From a bacterium (GTDB taxonomy: Bacteria > Patescibacteriota > CPR2 > UBA1875 > CAIMLA01): a stretch of DNA of 64,000 nucleotides. Both the position numbers and the translations under genes were made by a program. The notes beneath the pieces are model-generated. The model was given only the letters and a program-made list of their open reading frames with translations. It ran no database searches and was not told where the DNA came from. This document shows positions 28,297 to 37,174 of the stretch, piece after piece (positions within the stretch are counted from its first letter, which is position 1; each line of letters starts with the position of its first letter). The stretch covers positions 18,793-82,792 of the forward strand of contig JBAXUE010000003.1 in assembly GCA_037129835.1 (NCBI GenBank), written 5' to 3'.

Positions 28297-28966
28297 TTGT
28301 GGTTAGTCCAGTGGCAAGATTAATAATATCTAAAGGAATTCCCAGCTCATTTAATAAGGCACTATCGTAATCCGTGCCGGGGCCGTATACCACCCTCCAA
28401 ATACCTTCTTCCTTTTTTTGGATTATCATCGCATCTTCCACTTCTTCGTAGGACGCCTTTATCCACGATATGGCCCAGTCGTTAATAATTTTTTTATTTA
28501 CCGACTCAAAAGGAATATCTACATTGCCTTTTATGTTGTCATCTATTTGCTGAAAATCATTTTGATATTCATTTAGCATTTCTTTCTCTTTGAAAATAAT
28601 GAGGTTCGTTTTTTCTAGGGCTTGTTTATAGTTATTTTGTTTAATAAGGTCTGTTGCTTCTGATAAATCTTTATCAAAATATTCAGGATTGTAATTTATT
28701 TCAGCTAAGTCATTTTTAATACCTGCACGAATGACAGCTATAGAGTAGTTAATACATGTGGACTCATTGTCTTCACAGTTTGGGTATTCTTCTGAGGGCG
28801 TCCATTTATCATTACTAGCTAGTTCTTTAAAGGTTCTCGCATCGTAGGCCGTTGTAGATTGTTGAACCAGATATATAAGGCCAATAATAACAAGTAGCGC
28901 CAAGGACAAGCCCGAAATAGCCACGATATAAAGTGTTTTTTTGTCTTTTATTAGATTGGTTTCCAA
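28271..28966 (-). CDS. N-terminally anchored extracellular protein, unknown function
   Basis: 231 aa, one N-terminal TM (LYIVAISGLSLALLVIIGLIYLV), acidic ectodomain; overlaps neighbours (operonic). Confidence 0.5.
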   Translation of the reverse strand: METNLIKDKKTLYIVAISGLSLALLVIIGLIYLVQQSTTAYDARTFKELASNDKWTPSEEYPNCEDNESTCINYSIAVIRAGIKNDLAEINYNPEYFDKDLSEATDLIKQNNYKQALEKTNLIIFKEKEMLNEYQNDFQQIDDNIKGNVDIPFESVNKKIINDWAISWIKASYEEVEDAMIIQKKEEGIWRVVYGPGTDYDSALLNELGIPLDIINLATGLTTIERYEIEK

Positions 28967-28999
28967 AGTTGCCCCCTTATTTTTTTAGATAAGACCCAT

Positions 29000-29533
29000 T
29001 CACTCCACTAACCCTAGGTCAAAAACCTTAAAAGCGTTTCCCTCGTCCTTTATTATTGTTATCCAATAATTTTGTTTTAAAGAATTTTTTTCTGTAGAGC
29101 TTGATAGCGTTGTATCAACACTTACTAAAAGGCACATATGCCCACCCTCTTGTTCCTCGCAGTATTCTACCGGCCCAGATGCGGCAGAGCTGTCTGTTAT
29201 AGGAGATACGAGGTTTACGTTTTCATATTCCAAGACAGGGCTGTCTTTTGTAAAATATTTTAGCAACCTTTCTTTGCGGGATTCTGTTGTTTCAGAAATT
29301 GATTGTTGGGAATACTCTTCTATTGCTTTCTGCGCCAATAATGTCTGATTGTTTAGGCTCCATTCCTCCCGCTTGTCCGCTACGCTATTCGTTATTTGCT
29401 TATCGTTTTTCTTATTTGTTGTTACTTTTTCATTTGTGGAATTAATATATAGCACGAAACCTATAAATATTAATATAGTGCCAGCGATAATAGATATAAG
29501 CAGCATTTTATTTTTATTCATCTTAACCTCCAC
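29000..29533 (-). CDS. N-terminally anchored extracellular protein, unknown function
   Basis: 177 aa, N-terminal TM (MLLISIIAGTILIFIGFVLYI), Cys-containing ectodomain. Confidence 0.5.
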   Translation of the reverse strand: MEVKMNKNKMLLISIIAGTILIFIGFVLYINSTNEKVTTNKKNDKQITNSVADKREEWSLNNQTLLAQKAIEEYSQQSISETTESRKERLLKYFTKDSPVLEYENVNLVSPITDSSAASGPVEYCEEQEGGHMCLLVSVDTTLSSSTEKNSLKQNYWITIIKDEGNAFKVFDLGLVE

Positions 29534-30641
29534 TCATTGACCAATGCCAATCCTCTGCAGGATAATTAATAAAACCATATGTTGCACCATTTTTCTTTAA
29601 CCATTTATATACAGGATCTCCCTTGCTTACTAACGATCCTTTATAAGTAAAGTCAATAGCAAGGCCTCTTTCGTGATTAGAGTTTCCTGGTTTGGCTACC
29701 TTACCTCCACAATTTGGTGAGCAACCGGCATATATACCTTGTTGCGTTTCGTAACTGCGAAACCCGCTCCCGCTTAAGGAGACGCCGTCTGCCTTTGCTG
29801 CCGCAATCATTTCCACTGTTCTTTGAGAAATTAGGGCGTTAACCACCCCTACTGCAGTGCCACACTTTCGGAAAGTAAATCCGTTCGTCGGGTGCTTATA
29901 AGTCCCCTTGTCAGAAGAACCTGAGGCATATGCGACACTTGAATAATCCGTTCCATTCTTTAAGCTCCACCCACTTCCCTTACTGATGGTATTTGCTGGC
30001 TTTGCAGTGCCAGAACCACCACCAACACTTGTTGTGGTTGTTGGTGTTGCGGCCAGCTTGCATTTTGGTCTCGAGAAACCGGCTAGATCAGAGCGCCCAT
30101 AAGAAGAGATTCTAACATATGCCCCCGTATATGGAGCCTCTATCATTTTGCCACCACCGATTACCATTCCTACGTGGTGGATAGGACTCCCGAAAAACAC
30201 TAAATCCCCGGGTAGCTCGCTTCCTTTACTGACCTTTGGCTGACCAGAGTATTGGTCACCAGAATAATGCGGCAATGAAACACCTGCCTTTTTATACGCA
30301 TATAGCATGAGCCCCGAGCAATCAAAGCTATTGGGGCCAGCGGCTGCCCAAACGTAAGGCTTCCCTATTTGTTTCTGAGCTTCGGCTACGGCGATGGCGG
30401 CACAGGCATTCGGTGTACCGCTGATAGTCCCCCCACCAGCACCACCACCCGTCCCACCACCAATACCCGGAATCGTTGGCAAGGTTATGGGCTTGATATA
30501 AATAGGACACTCCCAAAAGGAGATAGCCATTGTTTTAATGGGTATTATGAATAACAGACCAAGGCTCACAAACAATAGTCCAAACAAAAGAAATACTTTT
30601 CTTGGAACCAGCCTCTTTATTTTATTGTTATTCCGCGACAT
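29523..30641 (-). CDS. Bifunctional secreted peptidoglycan hydrolase: NlpC/P60 endopeptidase + VanY/M15 D,D-carboxypeptidase-like domain
   Basis: Signal peptide then ISFWECPIYIKP, Gly linker GGGTGGGAGGGT, NlpC/P60 Cys FDCSGLMLYAY and His HHVGMVIGGG; C-terminal SGFRSYETQQ and NSNHERGLAIDF match M15 Zn-peptidase motifs. Confidence 0.6.
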   Translation of the reverse strand: MSRNNNKIKRLVPRKVFLLFGLLFVSLGLLFIIPIKTMAISFWECPIYIKPITLPTIPGIGGGTGGGAGGGTISGTPNACAAIAVAEAQKQIGKPYVWAAAGPNSFDCSGLMLYAYKKAGVSLPHYSGDQYSGQPKVSKGSELPGDLVFFGSPIHHVGMVIGGGKMIEAPYTGAYVRISSYGRSDLAGFSRPKCKLAATPTTTTSVGGGSGTAKPANTISKGSGWSLKNGTDYSSVAYASGSSDKGTYKHPTNGFTFRKCGTAVGVVNALISQRTVEMIAAAKADGVSLSGSGFRSYETQQGIYAGCSPNCGGKVAKPGNSNHERGLAIDFTYKGSLVSKGDPVYKWLKKNGATYGFINYPAEDWHWSMSGG

Positions 30642-31371
30642 ACCTCACCTGTAGGTTTGCATAGTTAGGATCTTCTGTTTTTAGCCAATCTTCCGCTGCT
30701 TGTTTAAAGGGGCCTTCTAGTTCGGTTGCGCCTTTTGTCAAAAGAGTTATCTCTATAAATGGCAAGGCTGAGTCATCGTTTTCGTAGCTTATGTCAATAT
30801 GATAGTCGCCGGTATAGTATGGTAGACTGCCAAGTATGGGGTATGAAGAAACTAGGTCGGCCAACTCTTTATCCCCTTCTGCCTCTGATATTTTGTCTAT
30901 AGTATTTTGTTCTTCGATAGACAACTCCTCATAATAAGCGTTGGCGGCCTCGTCACTCGTTTGTTCGTTGAAATAATCTACAACCTTTTTGTCTGCCGCA
31001 GATAGATCGTCATATTTAATTTTATTGCTACTTTTTAAGCTTAGAGGAATCAGGTCTACCGCAATTGTTTGATCTTTATTGCGTTCTGCTATTATCTCAA
31101 TATTCTTGTCGTTAAATAAGTCTCTTTTAAAAATGACGTTGTAATGTCCAGGAGGAACTACGATTGTTTGGTTCCCAGTATATTTTTTCTTATTTATTGT
31201 GTATGTAGCATCTGCGGGACTAATCGCGATATAGATTTTTGTAGTATTGCCTACAAAAAACAATAAACTGATTCCTAGTGCCAAAATAATAAATGTTGCA
31301 AACGCTATTAGGGCATATAAAATATTCTTTTTTTTCTGTTCTTCCATCTTAATTACCCTCTTCAAAATCAC
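30628..31371 (-). CDS. Membrane-anchored PEGA-domain protein (paralog of 27016..27639)
   Basis: N-terminal TM; IAISPADATYTINKKKYTGNQTIVVPPGHYNVIFKRDLF PEGA-like; C-terminal LGSLPYYTGDYHIDISYENDDS. Confidence 0.45.
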   Translation of the reverse strand: MILKRVIKMEEQKKKNILYALIAFATFIILALGISLLFFVGNTTKIYIAISPADATYTINKKKYTGNQTIVVPPGHYNVIFKRDLFNDKNIEIIAERNKDQTIAVDLIPLSLKSSNKIKYDDLSAADKKVVDYFNEQTSDEAANAYYEELSIEEQNTIDKISEAEGDKELADLVSSYPILGSLPYYTGDYHIDISYENDDSALPFIEITLLTKGATELEGPFKQAAEDWLKTEDPNYANLQVRYVAE

Positions 31372-32047
31372 TTAGTTTGGCCATAGCTAGCAATTCCTGT
31401 ATTTCGTCATCGCTGGGGCTTTCTACTAATTGGCCCACAGCGGGTTTAAGTCTTACGACTGTTGTCATTTTCTTTGTCCAGCTGCTGCACTTTGGGCCAT
31501 GTCCACCAAGTGAGGCTGAAATTACGCCACCCTTACAGCCACAATATTTTGAACCAACAAACATGCTGGCGTGCGAGTTTGATGACTTGGTGCTAAAAAG
31601 CATGTCCCCAGGCATCAACTTCTTGGTGCTTTTTATCCCCTTTATGACCTCATATTTATCAGTGTTTTTGCTGAAATATTTTGGAGCTTGATATGCCTGT
31701 CCCGAATCTGGAACCTTGGTGTCTACTTTGGTTCGTCGAAGCGCAGTAATCAGCATACCCCAGCAGTCTGTAAAGTCCTTGGACTTGACCTTTTCTTTTT
31801 TATAGAGCGACGAGCTATTTTTATAATCACACACCTTTTTTTTAAGTGTTTCTGCATCTATATAATATTCTTGATTACAACTTCCCGGCGGAGATGTAAA
31901 CATGGGGCAGGGAATAGCCTCTGCAAATGCCACACCCCCCCATATTTGTCTGTCCACAACATTGAAAGCGCAGATGAATAATGCCAAAATCGATGCGGCT
32001 AGAATAATAATAGTTAGTCTTGTCTTTTTTCTGATATTTTTCCTCAT
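31349..32047 (-). CDS. Secreted NlpC/P60-like endopeptidase (paralog of 27649..28296)
   Basis: Likely start at MRKNIRKK with GGGGAGG 4 nt upstream (track start 32071); AIPCPMFTSP after the signal, Cys in TDCWGMLITAL, His in SHASMFVG, C-terminal KCSSWTKKMTTVVRLK. Confidence 0.5.
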   Translation of the reverse strand: MRKNIRKKTRLTIIILAASILALFICAFNVVDRQIWGGVAFAEAIPCPMFTSPPGSCNQEYYIDAETLKKKVCDYKNSSSLYKKEKVKSKDFTDCWGMLITALRRTKVDTKVPDSGQAYQAPKYFSKNTDKYEVIKGIKSTKKLMPGDMLFSTKSSNSHASMFVGSKYCGCKGGVISASLGGHGPKCSSWTKKMTTVVRLKPAVGQLVESPSDDEIQELLAMAKLSDFEEGN

Positions 32048-32251
32048 TTTTCCTCCCCAAGTATCACTCAAATAACATTATATATGGATACAAGTCAAAA
32101 TAATACTATTGAGCATGTGTTAATGTTTGTCCTTTGGCGAAATGGTTTCCTCGATTCTTGCTGGGCTATACGACTGATAATGTTTAGATAATGATGCGTT
32201 GAAGCATAAAAGGAGGCTGTTTTTAAATTAAGGCCCCCGCTACTCGGTTGT

Positions 32252-32776
32252 TTAGCCGGCCTTGCCTCCAGTGTTTGCGGTCATATCAAAATAAACGGTT
32301 TCGAGATTAGTTTTGTTTATTATTGAGTTATTAATATAATCCTTAGCTTCGTTCTTATATTTTTCGAAAGGCAGCTGATAAACAGTAATGTTGCAGATGT
32401 TACCACTTTCCATTTCTGTGCAATCTACGCTGTATTCCGACCCAATATAAGGGAGAAGATAGCTCTTTTTTAACTCATAAGTCTTGTTTCGGGTTTTGTT
32501 GGTCACTTCCAGTGTCGAAATCTCTGTCAGATAATCGTCTTTAGATATTTCGATTTTATATTTACCGGTCTTTAGTTCTATGGTTATCGGTGAGTTTCCG
32601 ACCACGGCACCATCGATTTTTATCTTTGCTGACCCAGGCACTGTGTTTATTGTTATTTTAGGTTTTCCGCTAAGCGCACTTGCAACCAGGGTAAGGACCA
32701 ATATTACTAGAAACAGAATTATAATTGCTATAATTATTTTAGTTTTTGTTTCTAGGTTAGAAATTATGGTGTACAT
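32252..32776 (-). CDS. Membrane-anchored PEGA-domain protein
   Basis: N-terminal TM then TINTVPGSAKIKIDGAVVGNSPITIELKTGKYKIEISKDDYL, a close match to the PEGA pattern. Confidence 0.45.
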   Translation of the reverse strand: MYTIISNLETKTKIIIAIIILFLVILVLTLVASALSGKPKITINTVPGSAKIKIDGAVVGNSPITIELKTGKYKIEISKDDYLTEISTLEVTNKTRNKTYELKKSYLLPYIGSEYSVDCTEMESGNICNITVYQLPFEKYKNEAKDYINNSIINKTNLETVYFDMTANTGGKAG

Positions 32777-34740
32777 GTTATTGCGCTCCCAGCATTGTTA
32801 TTAATTTTCGTTATCCACTGCTTGATCTCATTTATATAGGTTGCGGTATCGTTTTGCGTTGGGGGTGCATATTCCATCATCATGTCCGGTATCGTTTTTA
32901 TTCCCATCCCTTTTATATATACTCTTTTAATATAAACGGAAATATTGTCGCTACCAGTAAGGCTATCGTCCCAGGAATTCCACTTGTAATAAATCGAGCC
33001 GCTTGGGTGGGGCTGGCTACCGCCTGCCTGTCTCCCAAAAGAATTATGGCTGCCCTTACTTGTCCCACTTCCAACGCTTCCAAATTGAGTTTCTTTTCTG
33101 GCTAATGATACTAGTAAAGCAGGATTAATATTTGAGGCCTTGCCACTGGCCAAGAAAAGGGCGCCCTTACCGCTTAACGGCTTCCCGCTACCGATAAATT
33201 TATTAAGGGCCGCAATATATTTTGCTTCATCAGAAATATTTGGAAAAGCAACCGAAATGCAGGCGGTTGTTGAGGCAGTACCACCGGGTGTAGGAGTCGT
33301 GGGCCCGGCCGGCGTAGAGGGTGACGGAGTAGACGGAGTAGAAGGAGCAGGGGCCGCGGTACCCGTCTTGGGGCTATCAAAAACCTTACATGTTCCCGTT
33401 AGTGTTTCGGGCAATGTGCCAGGAACGTATTCCCATTCTTCCCTGTCGGGCGGGTTTGCTGGAAAGGCGGCCTTCATGTAAGTGACAAATTCCTTAATGT
33501 GACCACTATTTTCATCCCCCCACCCTGGAGTTTTGGGGCGAAGAGGTATAAGTTCCGGCCTAGTGAGCCTGAAGAAGGTCGCTGCCCCCACATCGTTGGT
33601 TCCAAGAAAGTTGTTCAATACGTCCATAGCTTTTTCAAAAGGCAGTAGTGGTAATTTCGCGAGACCCTTAAATGCCTCCCATCCAGCTACCAATATGTTT
33701 GTCCTTAGTTGTCTCCAAAATCTTGCGATATCACCCTCATAGTCTTCGAGAATATATTTATCAGTAAACGGCTCATATAGGAACCAAATCTTGCTTGCAA
33801 GATCGTCTATTTTTCGCCACTGTCCGATATAGACAATATTTCTATAAGGATCAATATCTGCAGGGGACATATCGTTTTTATTTGCATCTTGTAGAGCAAT
33901 ACGGATTTTACCAGCACGGCAACGGATGGCCTCTATCGCACATTTATGATAACAAACAGGGTCGATTTCTGGACCTGTCAGAGTTATTACGGTGCATTTA
34001 AGATAGCACTCTGGGATCTGGTCTGCGATGTTAGTTTCCTTGTAGTCTATCGCTGCCAATATCTCTGGCGTTGTTTTGTTATATTTTTCTTTTTCGCCAG
34101 TCGGGCTGCCGTTTTCGTCTACCACTGAATAGGTTTTTCCAAGATCCCAATCTTTGCCGCTAGAATCCTTATAGCCATTCGCTGCCTGTACGTAAGCGTC
34201 ATAGTAGGTAATAAACCGTTGCATGGCTGCAGTCGGGACGTCTGCTTTTGGGCAGCTGTCTCCCCAGCCCCCTGCGATGAATGAAACTGACACAAAAACA
34301 GTCCCTATTACCATGGCTAGGGGCAAGAAAGCACAACTTGCAACGCAAGCAAGAGCGGCCAAAGCTTCCAAAAAGGCCTTTATCAACCGCTTTATCATTC
34401 TTTTCCAGAATTCTTTATCAAAAGCAAGCTTAAGTAGTTCCAGGTCTGCCATCACGTCAGTTCCGACTGATTCAATAGCTCTTGCACCGGCCTGAACACC
34501 CTTGACTACCTTTTTTGCATCTTCAACACCCTCTTTGATCTTTTGGCCAGTCTTTGAGTTCCCGGCAGCATCAATGGCCCCTTCTTTGCCCTTTTTTACA
34601 GCATATCCAATAGGGTCCTTATTAATTTCGCCTATTTTGTCTTTTACACCACCACCGATTTTATCAGCACCAGCTTTAACACCACTGCCAACCTTGTCAG
34701 CACCGGCTTTTGCCAGTTTTCCTAAGTTCTCCAGGCCCAC
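32764..34740 (-). CDS. PrgK-like large membrane-anchored extracellular protein: N-terminal GADK repeats, TM, Cys-rich ectodomain, Pro/Thr linker, C-terminal putative muramidase-like domain
   Basis: 658 aa; repeats GADKVGSGVKAGADKIGGGVKDKIG; TM at about aa 130-165; linker TAAPAPSTPSTPSPSTPAGPTTPTPGG; C-terminal NINPALLVSLARKETQFG loosely resembles a glucosaminidase/lysozyme core; directly downstream of VirB4. Confidence 0.35.
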   Translation of the reverse strand: MGLENLGKLAKAGADKVGSGVKAGADKIGGGVKDKIGEINKDPIGYAVKKGKEGAIDAAGNSKTGQKIKEGVEDAKKVVKGVQAGARAIESVGTDVMADLELLKLAFDKEFWKRMIKRLIKAFLEALAALACVASCAFLPLAMVIGTVFVSVSFIAGGWGDSCPKADVPTAAMQRFITYYDAYVQAANGYKDSSGKDWDLGKTYSVVDENGSPTGEKEKYNKTTPEILAAIDYKETNIADQIPECYLKCTVITLTGPEIDPVCYHKCAIEAIRCRAGKIRIALQDANKNDMSPADIDPYRNIVYIGQWRKIDDLASKIWFLYEPFTDKYILEDYEGDIARFWRQLRTNILVAGWEAFKGLAKLPLLPFEKAMDVLNNFLGTNDVGAATFFRLTRPELIPLRPKTPGWGDENSGHIKEFVTYMKAAFPANPPDREEWEYVPGTLPETLTGTCKVFDSPKTGTAAPAPSTPSTPSPSTPAGPTTPTPGGTASTTACISVAFPNISDEAKYIAALNKFIGSGKPLSGKGALFLASGKASNINPALLVSLARKETQFGSVGSGTSKGSHNSFGRQAGGSQPHPSGSIYYKWNSWDDSLTGSDNISVYIKRVYIKGMGIKTIPDMMMEYAPPTQNDTATYINEIKQWITKINNNAGSAITCTP

Positions 34741-36516
34741 CTATTCCGCCTCTTCTTTTTTCAGCGCCTTCTCTGGGTTTGTGTTCGCCAACAGGTTTTC
34801 TTGGTAACTTGGGATTATTTGCATAGCAACATGCCGAAGCCCAGCAATAAACAATCCCTCACCAACACCAGTAGTTACTAAGTAGTCTCTCTCTGTTTCT
34901 GTTAGTTTCCACGCCTCTTTAACATAATCAACTTGCGCCGGATGCTGCCGGAGGAGTATCGCCATAGAAGAGTTTTGTGCGATTGCGCGACCGTATTCGG
35001 AGCCAAAAAAGTCGGCTGCATCTTGAGCAATACAGGTAAGGCCAAGATAATATTTACGTCCTCTTTTTGCTAGCGAGAAAAGGAATTGTGCCGATTCAGG
35101 ATATTTCATAAGTACCCAGGCTTCATCAACAAACAAGAGGCGCTTTTTCTTTTCGCTTTTGATTTTATTCCAGATAAAGTTAAGTATTGAATACATTGCT
35201 ATCGGTCTCAGCTCATCCTCAAGGTCCCTGATAGAGAAAACCACCAAACGATTTTGCATACTTACATTGGATTGCTGATTCATAAGACCCGAGTATGTAC
35301 CATTTGTGTATTTATCTAGTCGAACCGCGATACTTTCACCGCCGTTGATGCTCTCCAAAACTTTTTGAAGATCATGAAATGTAGGTGGTTGTAATCCGTG
35401 AGTTTTTGGGTCTTCGGTAATACCCTTGGATGCGTATGCCTCGATGATTGCTTTGTCTAAAACATTGCTTTCTTCTGGAGAAATATTTCCAACCATGACT
35501 CGCACTAAACCAGCTAGCATTATTGTATTGCTACGAATGGACTCTATTGCCTCTTTTTCGTCATTTATCAAGGGAAGATCAAACGGATTTACGTGCTGTT
35601 CTGAATTAATGTTTATACTCAAGTAGCTGCCACCAAAGGCCAAAGAGAGCTCTTCATATTCATTTTCCGGATCAATTACAAGAATATCGGTGCCAAGAAT
35701 AAGAGACCTTATTAGCTCTAGCTTTACAGTATAGCTTTTCCCGGCTCCAGACATAGCGATAACAACAGAATTATAATTTGGTAAACTAAAGCGATCAAAA
35801 ATAATTAAACTATTGTTTATTTTGTTAATACCGTAAAACACCCCTGTATCTTGAGATAATGTGTCGGACAAGAATGGGAAAAAGGTGGAGATGGCCTCGG
35901 TGTCTAGGTTTCTTCCTATGGATATTTCCTCTCTATCAAGCGGTAGGGTCGAGTTGAACCCTTCTTTGCCTTGATAGAGTGTCCTTTTTGAATACACCAA
36001 GAGCTCATTAAGCATTTTTTCTACTCGATCAACACTGTCATTTAGTGATTCCATCGTTTCTGCGTATATGGTGAGATAGAATCCTACTTTAAATATTTTT
36101 GTCTGACCCGTAGCGATTTTTTCACGTAGATTCTCTACGTCCGCATATTTTGCCTCAAGGCCAGGATCCCTAACGAGACCTCTCTGGGCATTCATATCTA
36201 GAGTCGACTCTAACTGAGTTGACTTTCCTCTTAGTCTTTGGGCAATAGCTGCGTTGTCTTGAGGGTAGATGTGGATAGAAACATCAAGGGGTAGGTCGGT
36301 ATTAATGGTTTGTGAGAGCCATCCCGGGAAGAGCATCCTTGGGTAGTCGTATACAAATAGAGTTGTAAGATATACCTGGCCAAGCTTCAGGTGATCTACT
36401 GCTATTTCCAAAGCAGAAGGAGCCAGCAAGTCTCTTACACTTGTAAGCCCTTGTTGGAATACCTGCATTGCTCGAGTCTGTCTTAGTTCGTCTGCGCTTT
36501 TATTCTCTTGAAACAT
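34741..36516 (-). CDS. virB4: Type IV secretion ATPase VirB4/TrbE/PrgJ family (C-terminal two-thirds)
   Basis: Walker A VIAMSGAGKSYT, DPENEY, Walker B RLLFVDEAWVLM; 591 aa; Walker A at about aa 245, so the usual ~200-aa N-terminal domain is missing from this ORF. Confidence 0.7.
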   Translation of the reverse strand: MFQENKSADELRQTRAMQVFQQGLTSVRDLLAPSALEIAVDHLKLGQVYLTTLFVYDYPRMLFPGWLSQTINTDLPLDVSIHIYPQDNAAIAQRLRGKSTQLESTLDMNAQRGLVRDPGLEAKYADVENLREKIATGQTKIFKVGFYLTIYAETMESLNDSVDRVEKMLNELLVYSKRTLYQGKEGFNSTLPLDREEISIGRNLDTEAISTFFPFLSDTLSQDTGVFYGINKINNSLIIFDRFSLPNYNSVVIAMSGAGKSYTVKLELIRSLILGTDILVIDPENEYEELSLAFGGSYLSININSEQHVNPFDLPLINDEKEAIESIRSNTIMLAGLVRVMVGNISPEESNVLDKAIIEAYASKGITEDPKTHGLQPPTFHDLQKVLESINGGESIAVRLDKYTNGTYSGLMNQQSNVSMQNRLVVFSIRDLEDELRPIAMYSILNFIWNKIKSEKKKRLLFVDEAWVLMKYPESAQFLFSLAKRGRKYYLGLTCIAQDAADFFGSEYGRAIAQNSSMAILLRQHPAQVDYVKEAWKLTETERDYLVTTGVGEGLFIAGLRHVAMQIIPSYQENLLANTNPEKALKKEEAE

Positions 36517-37174
36517 CTGGTGTTTCTCCTACAAACTCTTTTGTTACTACGGATCTTTCTAAGGAAGACGCATCTGACATATAGCCAAACTTATCAATAC
36601 CTGGGTTGTATGAAATGTAATAGAGCTCTATTAGCCCTTGAGTATCAAGGGGGATACAGTTGATACCAATATTTTTTAAACCCATTTCTACGACAGAAGT
36701 TCTTTGATTAAGGGTGTTTATAGCCTTGTCGGTAGTTTTTGATATTAACTCCGTGTTCGGCTGCTCTTTTTGGCCAGCAATATATGGGAAGTATGGTACA
36801 ACGATGTAAAACTTTTTATCCATTAGGTTCGCTCTTTTTGTAATTTCTTCTAAGAAATTATGATAATCCTGAACGTGCTGAGCGGTGTAGTCGTCGGTGG
36901 CTTTTTTTGCGATATCTGAAATATTTTTTAAGTACTTTGCGAGATTAACCCTTCTAGATTGAACAAGAATTTGCATTGGAAAATCTACGGCATTGATCAG
37001 GTCCTGGAATGCCATTATTAGGCTTTCTTGCTCCCCCTCTGATCGGAGAGCGAAATTCAAGCTAGAAGACATGACAACTTTTCTCATTGACTTGTCTTTT
37101 AAATACACCACACCGTCGTGTATTTTATCTATTTCTAAAAAGCTTTGGGTGCTCGGTGCTTTTGGTTTAGCCAT
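36500..37174 (-). CDS. Candidate detached N-terminal domain of VirB4 (224 aa), overlapping the ATPase ORF by 17 nt in another frame
   Basis: 224 + 591 aa = 815 aa, a typical full VirB4 length; no TM; position directly upstream of virB4. Could be a real split, a frameshift or a sequencing error. Confidence 0.3.
   Translation of the reverse strand: MAKPKAPSTQSFLEIDKIHDGVVYLKDKSMRKVVMSSSLNFALRSEGEQESLIMAFQDLINAVDFPMQILVQSRRVNLAKYLKNISDIAKKATDDYTAQHVQDYHNFLEEITKRANLMDKKFYIVVPYFPYIAGQKEQPNTELISKTTDKAINTLNQRTSVVEMGLKNIGINCIPLDTQGLIELYYISYNPGIDKFGYMSDASSLERSVVTKEFVGETPDVSRE

Noticed and set aside
32072-32251. Possible internal promoter or terminator in the 180-bp gap between the PEGA gene and the NlpC/P60 gene
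   Set aside because: The TTGACT/TATAAT-like hexamers are only 10 nt apart and no clean hairpin is present, so a real signal cannot be supported by eye.
33140-33481. Plus-strand ORFs 33140..33481, 33174..33380 (minus) and others inside the 658-aa gene
   Set aside because: They are antisense to the Pro/Thr/Ala-rich linker region (GC-rich codons keep reverse frames open) and have no start signals.
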